DNA of 64,000 nucleotides from an uncultured Gemmatimonadales bacterium. Its GTDB lineage: Bacteria > Gemmatimonadota > Gemmatimonadetes > Gemmatimonadales > Gemmatimonadaceae. The notes under the pieces are model-generated. The model saw nothing but the letters and a program-made list of their open reading frames with translations, had not been told where the DNA came from and searched no databases. A program made the position numbers and the translations under genes. Below, in pieces: positions 1 to 10,081 of this stretch; the stretch's first letter is position 1, and each line of letters begins with the position of its first letter. The stretch spans positions 2,176,001 through 2,240,000 of the forward strand of contig OY969695.1 of NCBI GenBank assembly GCA_963701965.1, read 5' to 3'.

Positions 1-250
1 AACCGCACACCGCGCACCAGCAGGACGCCGGCCGCCATCGACACCATGCCGACGCCCGCGACTATCGCTGACAATCCCTTCGGCGTGCCAGCAGAGAGCA
101 GAGCCGCGAACGCGGCATAGGTCAGCCAGGCACCGCCGCCGATCTCCGCGACCGCGGCAACAGTGCGGATGCTGAGCGGAATCGTGGTGTCACGCGCTCC
201 CAGCGCCGCGAGCCGCGTCCTCCACCGCGCCAGCGCCAGGTCCCAGTCCG
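1..250 (-). CDS. Possible membrane protein running off the left edge
   Basis: Open minus-strand frame ...IPLSIRTVAAVAEIGGGAWLTYAAFAALLSAG...VSMAAGVLLVRG with two hydrophobic segments; start not identified. Confidence 0.3.
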
Positions 251-363
251 CCGGCCGACGGCAGCGCCGCAGCGCAATGATCGCGCCAAAGCGGAAAGGA
301 TATTACGATCGTCCACGGTGAAAATCGTGTCACCTGATAGAAAGCGGCGCTGAGCAACTGAAT

Positions 364-768
364 ATGGAGCTCCTGCGTCCGCACCACCCCACCGCTCCAG
401 GGCACGTGGACCGCGCCGACCCCGACGAGGTGCCCAAGCACACGCCGGACTCGGCCTGGATCGCCGTGATGCACTACGACCCCATCAAGACCCTGGAGCG
501 GGTGCGCGTGCCCGTGCTCATCTTCTACGGCGGCGCCGACCCCTGGGTCCCGGTGGCGGCGTCGGTCGAACGGCTGAGACCGATCGCGGCGCGCAAAGCG
601 AATATTCACTACTATGTAATTCCCAACGCCGACCACACGCTGTCGTTCCCCAAGACGCAGACGATGGACTGGGACAAGGGCGCGCTGGAAGAACAGCAGC
701 CCGAATCGACGGAGTATTTCTTCGTGATGGCGAGTTGGTTGACGCGGCAGTTCGCGCTGAATCCGTAG
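364..768 (+). pseudogene. C-terminal fragment of an alpha/beta hydrolase
   Basis: YDPIKTLERVRVPVLIFYGGADPWVP and NADH motifs give the catalytic Asp and His; no GxSxG-containing N-terminal half. Confidence 0.65.
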
Positions 769-777
769 GGAGGCCGA

Positions 778-1653
778 ATGGCGACCGACACCCGATCGGC
801 GAGCAACACCACCGCGCCGACACAATTCAGCAAGACGCCAATGGAGACGTACGCCTATCGTCGATTCGGCGCCCGCGGCAAACTCCCGCTGCTCTGTCTG
901 CAGCACTTCACCGGTACGCTGGACAATTGGGACCCCGCAGTCACCAATGCGTTGGTGGCAGACCGTGAGGTCATTCTGTTCGAGAGCGCCGGTCTCGGGC
1001 GCTCGACGGGCGAAGTGCCGCCGCGCATCAGCACGATGACGGCGCACGCCCTCGCCTTCGTCGACGCGCTCGGCCTGCGCCAGATCGACATCCTCGGCTA
1101 CTCGCTCGGCGGAATGATCGCCCAAGAGATCGCCCTCGCCCGGCCCTCGCTCGTTCGCAAGATGATCCTGGCCGGCACGGCGCCCGAGGGCGGCGAGGAC
1201 ATCATGCACATGGAGAAGCCGGAGCTGAGTCAGATCACGAACGATCCGGCGATCCCCGGCCTGCAAAAGCTGGTGCATCTCTTCTTCCCCCGCACCACCG
1301 CAGGCCGGGCCGCGGGCGAAGCTTTCGTCGCCCGGCTCGCCGAGCGCACGAGCGATCGCGAGCCCGTATCCGGACCCGCCGTGGCCATGGCGCAAATCGC
1401 CGCCTTCCGGGGTTGGGAGCAAGTGACCGGCGAACGGTTCGCCAAGCTCCGCGGAATCGCGCAGCCGTGTCTCGTCGTGGGCGGGGTCTTCGACAACATG
1501 ATTCCGGTCCGCAACTCCTACATGCTGAGCGAGCATCTGCCGAACGCCATGCTCCTCACGTACCCCAACGCCGGCCACGGCGCCCTCTTCCAGTTCCACG
1601 AGTCATTCGTGGCGCATGCGGAGCGGTTTCTGGATTCGGCGGAGATAGGATGA
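778..1653 (+). CDS. Alpha/beta fold hydrolase
   Basis: GGAGG RBS; LQHFTGTLDNWDP, GYSLGG nucleophile elbow, DNMIP, AGHG. Confidence 0.9.
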   Translation: MATDTRSASNTTAPTQFSKTPMETYAYRRFGARGKLPLLCLQHFTGTLDNWDPAVTNALVADREVILFESAGLGRSTGEVPPRISTMTAHALAFVDALGLRQIDILGYSLGGMIAQEIALARPSLVRKMILAGTAPEGGEDIMHMEKPELSQITNDPAIPGLQKLVHLFFPRTTAGRAAGEAFVARLAERTSDREPVSGPAVAMAQIAAFRGWEQVTGERFAKLRGIAQPCLVVGGVFDNMIPVRNSYMLSEHLPNAMLLTYPNAGHGALFQFHESFVAHAERFLDSAEIG

Positions 1654-1662
1654 GCTCGAATC

Positions 1663-4109
1663 CTACTCCGATTGAATGGCGACGGCGGGGTCGACCCGGG
1701 TCGCGCGGAAGGCCGGCACCAGTACCGCGATGAGGGCCACGAGCATCAGACCGAGCGTCGCGAGGAGAAACGTCGCCATATCAAACGGGGATGTCCCGTA
1801 GAGCACCCCGCGGAGGAATCCCGCAAGCCCGAACGCGGTCACGATACCGAAACCCGCGCCCAACAGCGCGAGCGCGACCGATTGCGAGACCACGCCGGAG
1901 AGAATGCGGAGCGGCGTCGCCCCGAGCGCCATCCGAAGACCAAACTCCCTGGTCCGCTGCGTGACGCCATACGCGGTCAGGCCGTAATGCCGATCACGGC
2001 GAGGAGCACGGCGGACGCCGCGAAGACCGCGACGAGACGCGCGAGATAGCGCGGGACGGCGAGCGATGCCTCGGCAAAGCTCACGAGGGGACGAAAGCCC
2101 GAGTCTCCCACGGCGTTGTCGAATGGAATGTCCGGGAGCAGCTGGGAGACCATTCCCCGCAGGGCGGCGATCGCGCTTGACGGACTCAACGTCGTCCGCA
2201 CTTCGAGCGCGATCCCCGGCCACACCTCTCGCGTGTACGGCACGTACACTTCCGGCCCCGGCGTGTCGGTGAATCCGAATTGCCGCACGTCATCGACGAC
2301 GCCGATGACCACGCTGGGCATGGGCTGGCCATATCCGGGGCGGTTGGCCGACGCGCGAAAGAGCGTGACGGGACGTCCGATCGGGTCTTGGTTCGGCCAA
2401 TCCCGCGCCGCCATGGCGGCGTCGATCACGACGCCGTCGCTGGCCGTCGCCATGTCGGTCGCGGTAAACCACCGGCCGCGCAGCAGGTGGAGGCCCATCG
2501 TGCGGAGGTATCCGTCCGAGACGGTGAAGTAGAGGGCGCTACTTTGGACCGCCAATGGCGCGTCGGGCCGCACAACCTTGGTGATGACATTCCCACCAGT
2601 CAGCGGCGGAGTATTCACGACCGCCGCGGCCTCCATGCCCGGCACGGCGGACGCGCGACCAATAATGGTTCGATACAACTCCGCCGCCTGCTCCGGTCGG
2701 CCGTACTGGCTGGCGGGGGGAAAGATGTAGAACGTGATGACGTGGTTGGGATTGAAGCCGAGCGAAACCCGCGCCAGACGGCCGAGCGTGTTGACCAACA
2801 GGCCGGCGCCGACCACGAGCACGAGGGCGAGCCCGAACTGACCGACCGTCAACACTCCCCGGACCCGACTCTCCCGGCGTCCGCTGGTCGACCCGCGCCC
2901 GAATTGAAGCGCCGGCATCGCACCTTCTCGGCCGATACGAAGCGCCGGCAGCACGCTGGCCGCGATCCCCGTGAGCACGGCGAGCATCACCGCGGCCGCC
3001 ACGATGCGGGCATCCATCGTGAGCTCCTGGGTCCGCGGCAGTCCGGGGACGGCGCCCGCGGCAACCAATCGCACGACCCAGGCGCCGAGAGCCGTTCCAA
3101 ACACACCTCCGGTCAGCGCGAGGAGGATCCCTTCGACGAGAGTCTGCCACGCCAGCCTGGCGCCGGTCGCGCCCAGCGCTATCTGCACGGCCCGCTCCCG
3201 CGCTTGGCGCATCCCGCGCGCAACCGCCAGGTTCGAGATGTTGAGGCACATGAGCAACCAGATCAGCATCGACGCCGCGGCCAACACGCGGAGTGGCACG
3301 GTGACATCGCCGACCACGTCCTGCTCGAGCGGGACCACGTCCATCAATGTCCAGTCGGCGTCGCCCGGATCGGCGCTCGCCCACCGGGCCTGGACCGCGC
3401 TGAGGTTCGCCACCACACTCGCCACGGTGGTGCCGGGTCGCAGCCGGACGATGAGGCGGCCATCGGCGTGCCCGCCGCGGTTCCTCAGCATCGCTTCGTT
3501 GTCGTAGATGGCGCCGATCGGTCGCCACAGGCTCACCCACGCCGGATAGCCGACCCCTCTGGGCAATATGCCGATGACCCGCTCGGTCGCTTGGCCGACC
3601 CGTATGGAACGTCCGACGATCGCGGGGTCGCCGCCGAAGGCCCGTTGCCACAGGTCGTAGGATAGGACCACCACGTCGCCGCGCCCTCGACGCTCCTCAT
3701 CGGCCGTGAAGAGCCGGCCGTGCGCCGTGCGGGCGCCGAGCATGCGAAAAAATCCGGGCGACACGTTTCCCACACCGGCGCGGATCGCGCCGCCCGGCGT
3801 CACGATATCCACGCCGCGCGGGAGCAGATAGCCGAGGCTGAGGTACGATCGCGCGTGTTCCTCGAGGTCCAGAAACTCGGGATACGATGGCAGGCGCGTA
3901 TCACCGGATCGGCTGTGCTCCCAAATGATCGCGAGTCGGTTGGCGTCCGTGTACGGCAGCGGGCGCAACAGGACCTGATCGACGACGGTCAGCACGGCGA
4001 TCACCTGGGCGAGCGTGAGCACCAGCGTCAGGAGCGTCGCCATCGCGTACGTCTTGCTCCGGATCAACGATCGGAGCACCGGCCGCAGCGCATCGAACGC
4101 GGTGGACAT
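1663..4109 (-). CDS. ADOP-family duplicated ABC permease (MacB_PCD/FtsX x2), 1-bp frameshift near 1987
   Basis: 710-aa ORF (LLRPLPY, LSYDLWQRAFGGDP, LVLVVGAGLL) continues in another frame as YGLTAYGVTQRTREFGLRMALGA...RATRVDPAVAIQSE. Confidence 0.88.
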
Positions 4110-4135
4110 GGCCCCAATGTAGCATCAGCCGGGTC

Positions 4136-4166
4136 TTGACATTGTTGTCGACAGACGACAACAATG
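4136..4166 (+). promoter_or_regulatory. PadR promoter with overlapping palindromic operator
   Basis: TTGACA 4136-4141 and AACAAT 4160-4165 (18-bp spacer); perfect 11-bp inverted repeat CATTGTTGTCG-acaga-CGACAACAATG at 4140-4166. Confidence 0.75.
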
Positions 4167-4171
4167 AAGAC

Positions 4172-4501
4172 ATGAGCCCCGACGATCGGCTCCAGGGTAC
4201 GCTCGACCTGCTCATCCTCCGGACGCTGGCGGACGCGCCGCTGCACGGGTGGGCCATCTCGCGCCGGATTCGGGAACGATCCGGGGACGTCCTGCAAGTC
4301 AATCAGGGCTCCCTCTATCCCGCCCTCCACCGTCTCGAAGACGACGGCTGGCTGGCGGCCGAATGGGGCGTGGCCGAAACCGGCCGGCGGGCCAAGGTGT
4401 ATCGTCTCACCGCGCAAGGCCGTCGCGCCTGCGAGCGTGAAGAGCGCGGATGGCTCGCGTTTGTCGCCGCCGTCACGCAGGTGCTGCAATCGGCCGTATG
4501 A
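4172..4501 (+). CDS. PadR-family regulator (acidobacterial type)
   Basis: LQGTLDLLILRTL...HGWAI...QGSLYPALHRLE...RRAKVYRLT; directly precedes an ADOP gene. Confidence 0.93.
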   Translation: MSPDDRLQGTLDLLILRTLADAPLHGWAISRRIRERSGDVLQVNQGSLYPALHRLEDDGWLAAEWGVAETGRRAKVYRLTAQGRRACEREERGWLAFVAAVTQVLQSAV

Positions 4502-4508
4502 AGCGCCC

Positions 4509-7079
4509 ATGAAGATCCTCCGGCGGATCCGCTCCATCGTGTCCCGGCGCGCCGCCGAGCGCGATCTCGACGACGAGATCGCGCTGCATCTGACTCTCGA
4601 GGCCGAGCAGCTCGAGCGGCAGGGCCTCGACGCCCGCGCCGCGGCCGCGACCGCGCGCCGGCGCTTCGGCCGGATCGAGGCGATCAAAGACGCCCTCCGC
4701 GCCGTGCGGGGCGTCGAGCCCTTCGAGGATCTTCGCCGCGACCTGGCCTTCGCCGCGCGCGCCCTGCGGCGCCGCCCGGGGTTCGCCACGGTCGTCGTCC
4801 TGACCCTGGTCATCGGCCTGGCCAGCGCGACCACGATATTCGGCGTCGTCTATGGCGTCCTGTGGGCGCCCCTGCCGTACGCCGACGCGGACCGCGTGGT
4901 CACCGTCTGGCAGACCGACTTGCCCCATAGCATCGCACGCGGCCCGGTGTCGCTGCCCAATCTCCTCGATTGGCGCGAGCGCTCCCGATCATTCGCCGCG
5001 CTCGCGGCCGCGGAGCCGTTCGGCGTGCGCTACGCGGCACCCGAAGGCCCCGAGCGTTTCCCCGCGTGGCGCGTCACCGACGGATTCTTTGCCGCGCTCC
5101 GCGCGACGCCGCTCCTCGGCCGCACCTTCTCCCCCGAGGAATATCAGCCCGGCAACGACGCCGTCGTCGTCCTCGACTACGATCGGTGGCGTACGCGGTT
5201 CAACGCGGATTCGAGCTTGGTCGGCCAGACGCTCATCCTGAACGACCGGCCCGTGCGCGTCATCGGCGTCATGCCGCCGACGGTCCGATTTCCACCCGGG
5301 CCGGGGATCTGGCTGCCCAAAATCCCCCAGCCCGGTGAGCTGCTGCAGCGGAACGCGAGCTACTACGTCGCCGTTGGCCGCCTCGCGCCTGGCGTATCGC
5401 TGGAACGCGCGCGCCGGGACCTGCAGCGCGTCGCGGGCGATCTGGCGCGCGAGTACCCGGCGGTGGATCGCGACGTCAGCGTGTCCCTCGTGCCGTTGGC
5501 GGACGATCTCGTCGGTCATGTGCGTGGCCGGCTGTTGCTCGTGTTCGCGTCCGTCGGCCTACTATTGCTTCTGACGGGCGCCAATCTCGCCATGCTGCTC
5601 CTCTCCCGCGCCGTGGAACGTGAGGGCGAGTTGCGGATCCGCGCCGCGCTCGGCGCCGGCCGCGGCCGCATCGCGCGGCAAATCATGGCCGAACACCTCC
5701 TGCTCGGCGCCCTCGGGTGGGGACTCTCCCTCATCGTCGCGCATTTCGCGCTCGGGGCCGTGCGCCTGATGGGCGCCGGCTTCCTCCCTCGCGCCGGCGA
5801 GTTGCGCATAGGCTGGCCCACGGCGCTCTTCGCCGCTCTCGTGGTGCTGGTCTTTACCGTCACACCAGCGCGGAGCCCCCAGAAGGGGCGCCGCGTGCAG
5901 CGGCTGCTCGTGGTCAGCGAAGTCGCGCTCGCACTGGTCCTGGTGATCGCGGCCGGACTGTTCGTCCGCAGCGTTCGTGCGCTGCTGGAGGTCGATCCCG
6001 GGTTCAAGCCCGCGAACGTACTGGCCCTCACGCTCCAGACCGAGCACCTGTATCCGTCGGATACTGCCCGCGCGGCCTTCGTGCGGACGCTCGAGGATCG
6101 CCTGTCCACGATTCCGGGCGTTCGCCAGGCCGGCGTGACGTCGACGCTGCCATTCGGCGGCGCCATTGGCACGGAGCGGGCCGAGTTCGAAGTCGTCGGC
6201 CGGCCGGTCGGATCGGCCCGCGAGCGGCCCAGTGTCCACGCGGCCGCTATCTCGCCCGGGTACTTTCCCGCCCTCGGCATCCCAATGCGCGTCGGGCGCC
6301 CGTTCGCGCCGACGGATGACGCGACCCATCCGCCGGTGGCGATCGTGAGCGCCACGTTCGCGCGCGCATACTGGGGCAACGCCGACCCGGTGGGTCAGCG
6401 ACTCAGCGTCTCGTTCGACAGCGACCCCACTGTGCGCGAGATCGTCGGCGTCGTCGGTGACATTCACGAGACCGGACTCGACCAACCCCCGGAGCCGGTG
6501 TTGTACGTCCCCTATGCCCAGGCCCCGATCGGTGCCGTCGTCTTCGCGCTCCCGACCTCGGTCACGCCGCGGACACTCGTGGGTGCCGTCCGGCGCGAGC
6601 TTGGCACGGTGAACGGCGCCATGCCGATCGCCTCGCTGACGACGCTCGACGAGCTCCTGGCGTCATCTACGCGCCCACCCCGCGTGATCCTGGCAGTCCT
6701 CGGCGCGTTCGCCAGCATCGCCTTGGCGCTGGCCGGACTGGGTATCTTCGGCGTCATGAGTCATGTCACGCGGAGCCGCACCAAGGAAGTCAGCATTCGC
6801 CTCGCCCTCGGCGCGTCCTCTCGCGGCATCCTGGGTCTCGTCCTCGGGGAGGCCATCGGACTCGCCGGTATCGGCGCGGTCATCGGCATTCTCGGCGCCG
6901 CGACCCTCGGACAGTCGGCCCGCGCGATGCTGTACGCCGTCTCGCCGATCGACCCCCTCACGCTCGCGGGCGGCGTCGCACTCCTGATCGCCGTCGCCGG
7001 CGTGGCCGCGTACGTGCCGGCCCGGCGCGCGGCGGCCGTCGACGCCGTCCGCGCACTGCGCGACGGCTCGTTAAACTGA
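4509..7079 (+). CDS. ADOP-family duplicated ABC permease with permease-prefix domain
   Basis: ERDLDDEIALHL...ARRRFG prefix; RRPGFATVVVLTL; two MacB/FtsX modules; YVPARRAAAVD. Confidence 0.92.
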   Translation: MKILRRIRSIVSRRAAERDLDDEIALHLTLEAEQLERQGLDARAAAATARRRFGRIEAIKDALRAVRGVEPFEDLRRDLAFAARALRRRPGFATVVVLTLVIGLASATTIFGVVYGVLWAPLPYADADRVVTVWQTDLPHSIARGPVSLPNLLDWRERSRSFAALAAAEPFGVRYAAPEGPERFPAWRVTDGFFAALRATPLLGRTFSPEEYQPGNDAVVVLDYDRWRTRFNADSSLVGQTLILNDRPVRVIGVMPPTVRFPPGPGIWLPKIPQPGELLQRNASYYVAVGRLAPGVSLERARRDLQRVAGDLAREYPAVDRDVSVSLVPLADDLVGHVRGRLLLVFASVGLLLLLTGANLAMLLLSRAVEREGELRIRAALGAGRGRIARQIMAEHLLLGALGWGLSLIVAHFALGAVRLMGAGFLPRAGELRIGWPTALFAALVVLVFTVTPARSPQKGRRVQRLLVVSEVALALVLVIAAGLFVRSVRALLEVDPGFKPANVLALTLQTEHLYPSDTARAAFVRTLEDRLSTIPGVRQAGVTSTLPFGGAIGTERAEFEVVGRPVGSARERPSVHAAAISPGYFPALGIPMRVGRPFAPTDDATHPPVAIVSATFARAYWGNADPVGQRLSVSFDSDPTVREIVGVVGDIHETGLDQPPEPVLYVPYAQAPIGAVVFALPTSVTPRTLVGAVRRELGTVNGAMPIASLTTLDELLASSTRPPRVILAVLGAFASIALALAGLGIFGVMSHVTRSRTKEVSIRLALGASSRGILGLVLGEAIGLAGIGAVIGILGAATLGQSARAMLYAVSPIDPLTLAGGVALLIAVAGVAAYVPARRAAAVDAVRALRDGSLN

Positions 7080-7598
7080 AGAGTCCGTCGCCGTCGGAGG
7101 CAGGACGCCGTTGATCCGCAGATAGATCGCCGCCTGGCTGTAGTGATCGGACCAGTGGCCGGCGCTCTGGAACATGATCAACACTCGCGGCTCAGTGAGA
7201 CCGGCGAACGCCAATGGCTCGGTCAGTTTCGTGTCGTCGAGTGACATCAACGCCTGGTCGCAGAACGTGAACGTCTCTTTGAGACGCTCGACGAGATGGC
7301 CCTTCCCGGCCGTGGCCGCAATGGCCGGCCGCGACGGCGCCGGGACACCCGTGATCACGCTGCAGATGATGTCATTGTCCTCGGCGACGTGTATCACCAT
7401 TTCGCCAAAGGTCATCTGGGGGGCTGTCGGCTTGTAGCCGTACCGGCCCGCCGGCATCGCCTCTGCGGAGAGTATGATCCGCTTGGCGATCTTCGCGGTG
7501 TTCGCGCGAAAGGCATCGGCGACGGGCGCGCCTTGCGCCGCGGCGAGCGTGGGGGACATGATGCACGCGAACAAGACAGAGCAATTCAATACGGACAC
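7071..7598 (-). CDS. Secreted DinB-family protein
   Basis: Signal-peptide-like N-terminus; AEAMPA..Y.YKPT..MTFGE..IHVA; HxxxH (HWSDHYSQ); YLRINGVLPP. Confidence 0.85.
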   Translation of the reverse strand: MSVLNCSVLFACIMSPTLAAAQGAPVADAFRANTAKIAKRIILSAEAMPAGRYGYKPTAPQMTFGEMVIHVAEDNDIICSVITGVPAPSRPAIAATAGKGHLVERLKETFTFCDQALMSLDDTKLTEPLAFAGLTEPRVLIMFQSAGHWSDHYSQAAIYLRINGVLPPTATDSSV

Positions 7599-7660
7599 AG
7601 TGCCGCTCGGTTGAAGTTCACGTAACTAAGCGACCCGCGATCGCACGAATCAACCAACTC

Positions 7661-7676
7661 GTTGTACTAGTACAAC
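7661..7676. promoter_or_regulatory. GntR/MocR-type operator
   Basis: Perfect 16-bp palindrome GTTGTACTAGTACAAC, 3 bp before the MocR ATG, between divergent dinB and mocR. Confidence 0.75.
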
Positions 7677-7679
7677 TTC

Positions 7680-9092
7680 ATGAGCGCTTGGTACCCACCG
7701 CCGCTGGCCGAGGACCGCCCCACCTACATCGCGCTCGCCAATGCGATCCGTGATGCCGTCACCGCCGGCACGCTCGCAGCGGGTGCGCGCCTCCCGACCA
7801 TCCGCGACCTCGCCGCCCATCTCCGTGTCGCCGCCGCGACCGTGACGCGGGCCTATGCCGAAGCCGAACGACGTGGGCTGACCACCGGAACGGTCGGACG
7901 TGGCAGCTTTGTGCGGGCCGCGCGCGCGATCGAATCCGCGTGGCGCGCGCCGTTCGCCACGCGCGAGTTCGTGGTGCCCGGCATCTACGACCTGCAGTCA
8001 CGCGTCCTGCCGAACCCTCACGAATGGGAGACCGCTGGAGGCGGTCGCGCGCTTTTGCCCTCGCCGCGGCATCAGGCCGAGCTCTTGGAGGCGCTCTACA
8101 CCCTGGCGCGCTCGACCGAACCGTGGACCGTGCGCGAGGCCGGCGTCCAGTGGGCGGCACACTGTGGTGTCGACATCGCGCCCGAACAAGTTCTTCTCGC
8201 CGCTGGCGGGCAACATGCGGTGGCCGCGGCGTTGTGCGCGGTGCGGACGGGCGATGCGCCGATCGCGGTGCCGGCGCTCACGAACTCCGGCGTCCTCACG
8301 GCGGCGCTCCATCTGCGTGTGCCACTGGTCGCGGTGCGGACTGATGCGCAGGGGTTCGACCCGCGCCATCTGGAACGCGTCTGCCGGTCGGCACACCCGT
8401 GCGCGATCTACTGCGCACCGGCCGTGGGGAATCCTATCCCGCAGGCCATGACCGCCGATCGCCGTATGGCGCTGGCGCGCATCGCCGAGCGACACAAGAT
8501 CTGGGTCATCGACGATGACGCCGGCGGACTGCTGGTCAAGCGCTCGGGACCAGCGCTCACGACTTTGCTCCCGGCGCACACCCTGTGGCTCGGCAGCGTT
8601 TCGCAATCGCTCGGAATGGGATTTCGCGTCGCGTTCGTCGGTGCGCCACCGGGGCTCGCATCGCCAATGCAGGAGGCACTCCGCGCGCTCGCGTGGGTCG
8701 TGGCGACGCCGGGCGCGCAGCTGACCGCCCGCTGGCTCGCCGACGGGACGATCGTCCGCGTGATCCGCGCCCGCCGCGCCGCCATCGCCGAGCGGCTCCG
8801 CATCGTCACGCGCGTGCTCGGCCGACAACGCCATGTGATGATGCCGGGCGTGCCGTACGTCTGGCTCGACGCGCCGCCTGGGTGGCGCGCCGGACGACTC
8901 CATGCCGCCCTGTTGAGTGCCGGCGTCTCGGTCGCTCCCGGAGCGCAATTCATCGCCGGCGCGCTTCGGCCGCGTCAGGGCGTCCGAATCTCGGTCGGTG
9001 CGATGCTCTCGACCGCGCAGTACACCGACGCCCTGCGTCGCATCGCCGACGTGTGCGCCCATCCGGCGCGCTACCGCGCGACGGCGACGTGA
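7680..9092 (+). CDS. MocR/GabR-family regulator (GntR HTH plus degenerate aminotransferase-like domain)
   Basis: GARLPTIRDLA..L.V...TVTRAYAEAERRGL..G.VGRGSFV; GGQHAV, IDDD, GSVSQSLGMGFRVAF. Confidence 0.9.
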   Translation: MSAWYPPPLAEDRPTYIALANAIRDAVTAGTLAAGARLPTIRDLAAHLRVAAATVTRAYAEAERRGLTTGTVGRGSFVRAARAIESAWRAPFATREFVVPGIYDLQSRVLPNPHEWETAGGGRALLPSPRHQAELLEALYTLARSTEPWTVREAGVQWAAHCGVDIAPEQVLLAAGGQHAVAAALCAVRTGDAPIAVPALTNSGVLTAALHLRVPLVAVRTDAQGFDPRHLERVCRSAHPCAIYCAPAVGNPIPQAMTADRRMALARIAERHKIWVIDDDAGGLLVKRSGPALTTLLPAHTLWLGSVSQSLGMGFRVAFVGAPPGLASPMQEALRALAWVVATPGAQLTARWLADGTIVRVIRARRAAIAERLRIVTRVLGRQRHVMMPGVPYVWLDAPPGWRAGRLHAALLSAGVSVAPGAQFIAGALRPRQGVRISVGAMLSTAQYTDALRRIADVCAHPARYRATAT

Positions 9093-9208
9093 TTACTGGG
9101 TGGACGCGGGAGTGACCCGCGTCCGAGCGTGACGTTCGGCACTGGGACTCGCCGGCGCGGCAGAACATCCATGGACGCAAGCCGTACCGATTCTGGCGAT
9201 CACGCGCG

Positions 9209-10037
9209 CTAGTGGGCCCTCCACCAGGCCGTCACCAGGGCCGCGTATTCGTCGGCCCGGTCTTCCCAGAATGAAGTGCCCGGCGTCAATGATATCGAGC
9301 TTGCTGTCGGGTAGCCGGTCATGGAGAAACTCGGCGTTGACCGGCGGGACGATCGGATCATTCTTGCCGGTAATGATCTCCACGGGCGTTCGGATCGTCG
9401 GCAGCAGATCGCGCAGCACCGGCAACTCCGCCGGATACTGCCGCACGTAGGCCATGGACTCGGCGAACCGCTCGCCCGCGTACGACGCGAGATAATCGTC
9501 GCGCGCGGCTTCGGATGGCTTGTATCGATCGAGCGTCGCGATCGCGCCGGTCACGACCTGCCGTCCGTCGATGCGCCGGTAGGGCTCGATGTCAGGCGCC
9601 TCGACCCACTCCTTGAGCAGCCCGCCGACCTGGAGTGGATACGCCGCGGCCCCGGTCCCGACCACGAGGCTCCGGAGTCGTCCGGGATGCAGCGCCGCGG
9701 CGAAAAGCGCCGCGCCGGTGCCGACGTCCGGACCGACGACGTGCGGCCGCTCCAGGCCGAACGCGTCGATCACCCGTATCAGAAAGTCCCCCATCGCCCG
9801 CGGCGCCATGAGCGCCTCGCGGCGTTCGGACAGGCCGAACCCCGGGAGATCAATGGCGACGAGATGCGCGTGCTCCGCGAGCCGCGACCACGTGGCCTCG
9901 TACGCGTAGATGCTCTCCGGCCAAGGACTCAACAACAGGGCATCAATGTCGCGGTCGTCGCTCTCGGCATACCGGATGGCGAGCCCGTCGATCAGGCGGA
10001 TCTGCGGGCGGATGGATGAGTGCAGCGAAGTGGCCAT
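9209..10037 (-). CDS. Alpha/beta hydrolase (epoxide hydrolase-like), 1-bp frameshift near 9270
   Basis: SPWPES, DLPGFG, GPDVG (Asp nucleophile), AGHF; the shifted frame reads WED.ADEYAALVTAWWRAH-stop at 9209. Confidence 0.85.
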
Positions 10038-10081
10038 GTGATGCTCCTCCCAATTCGCACGATACTGGGTCTGGTGGCCGT

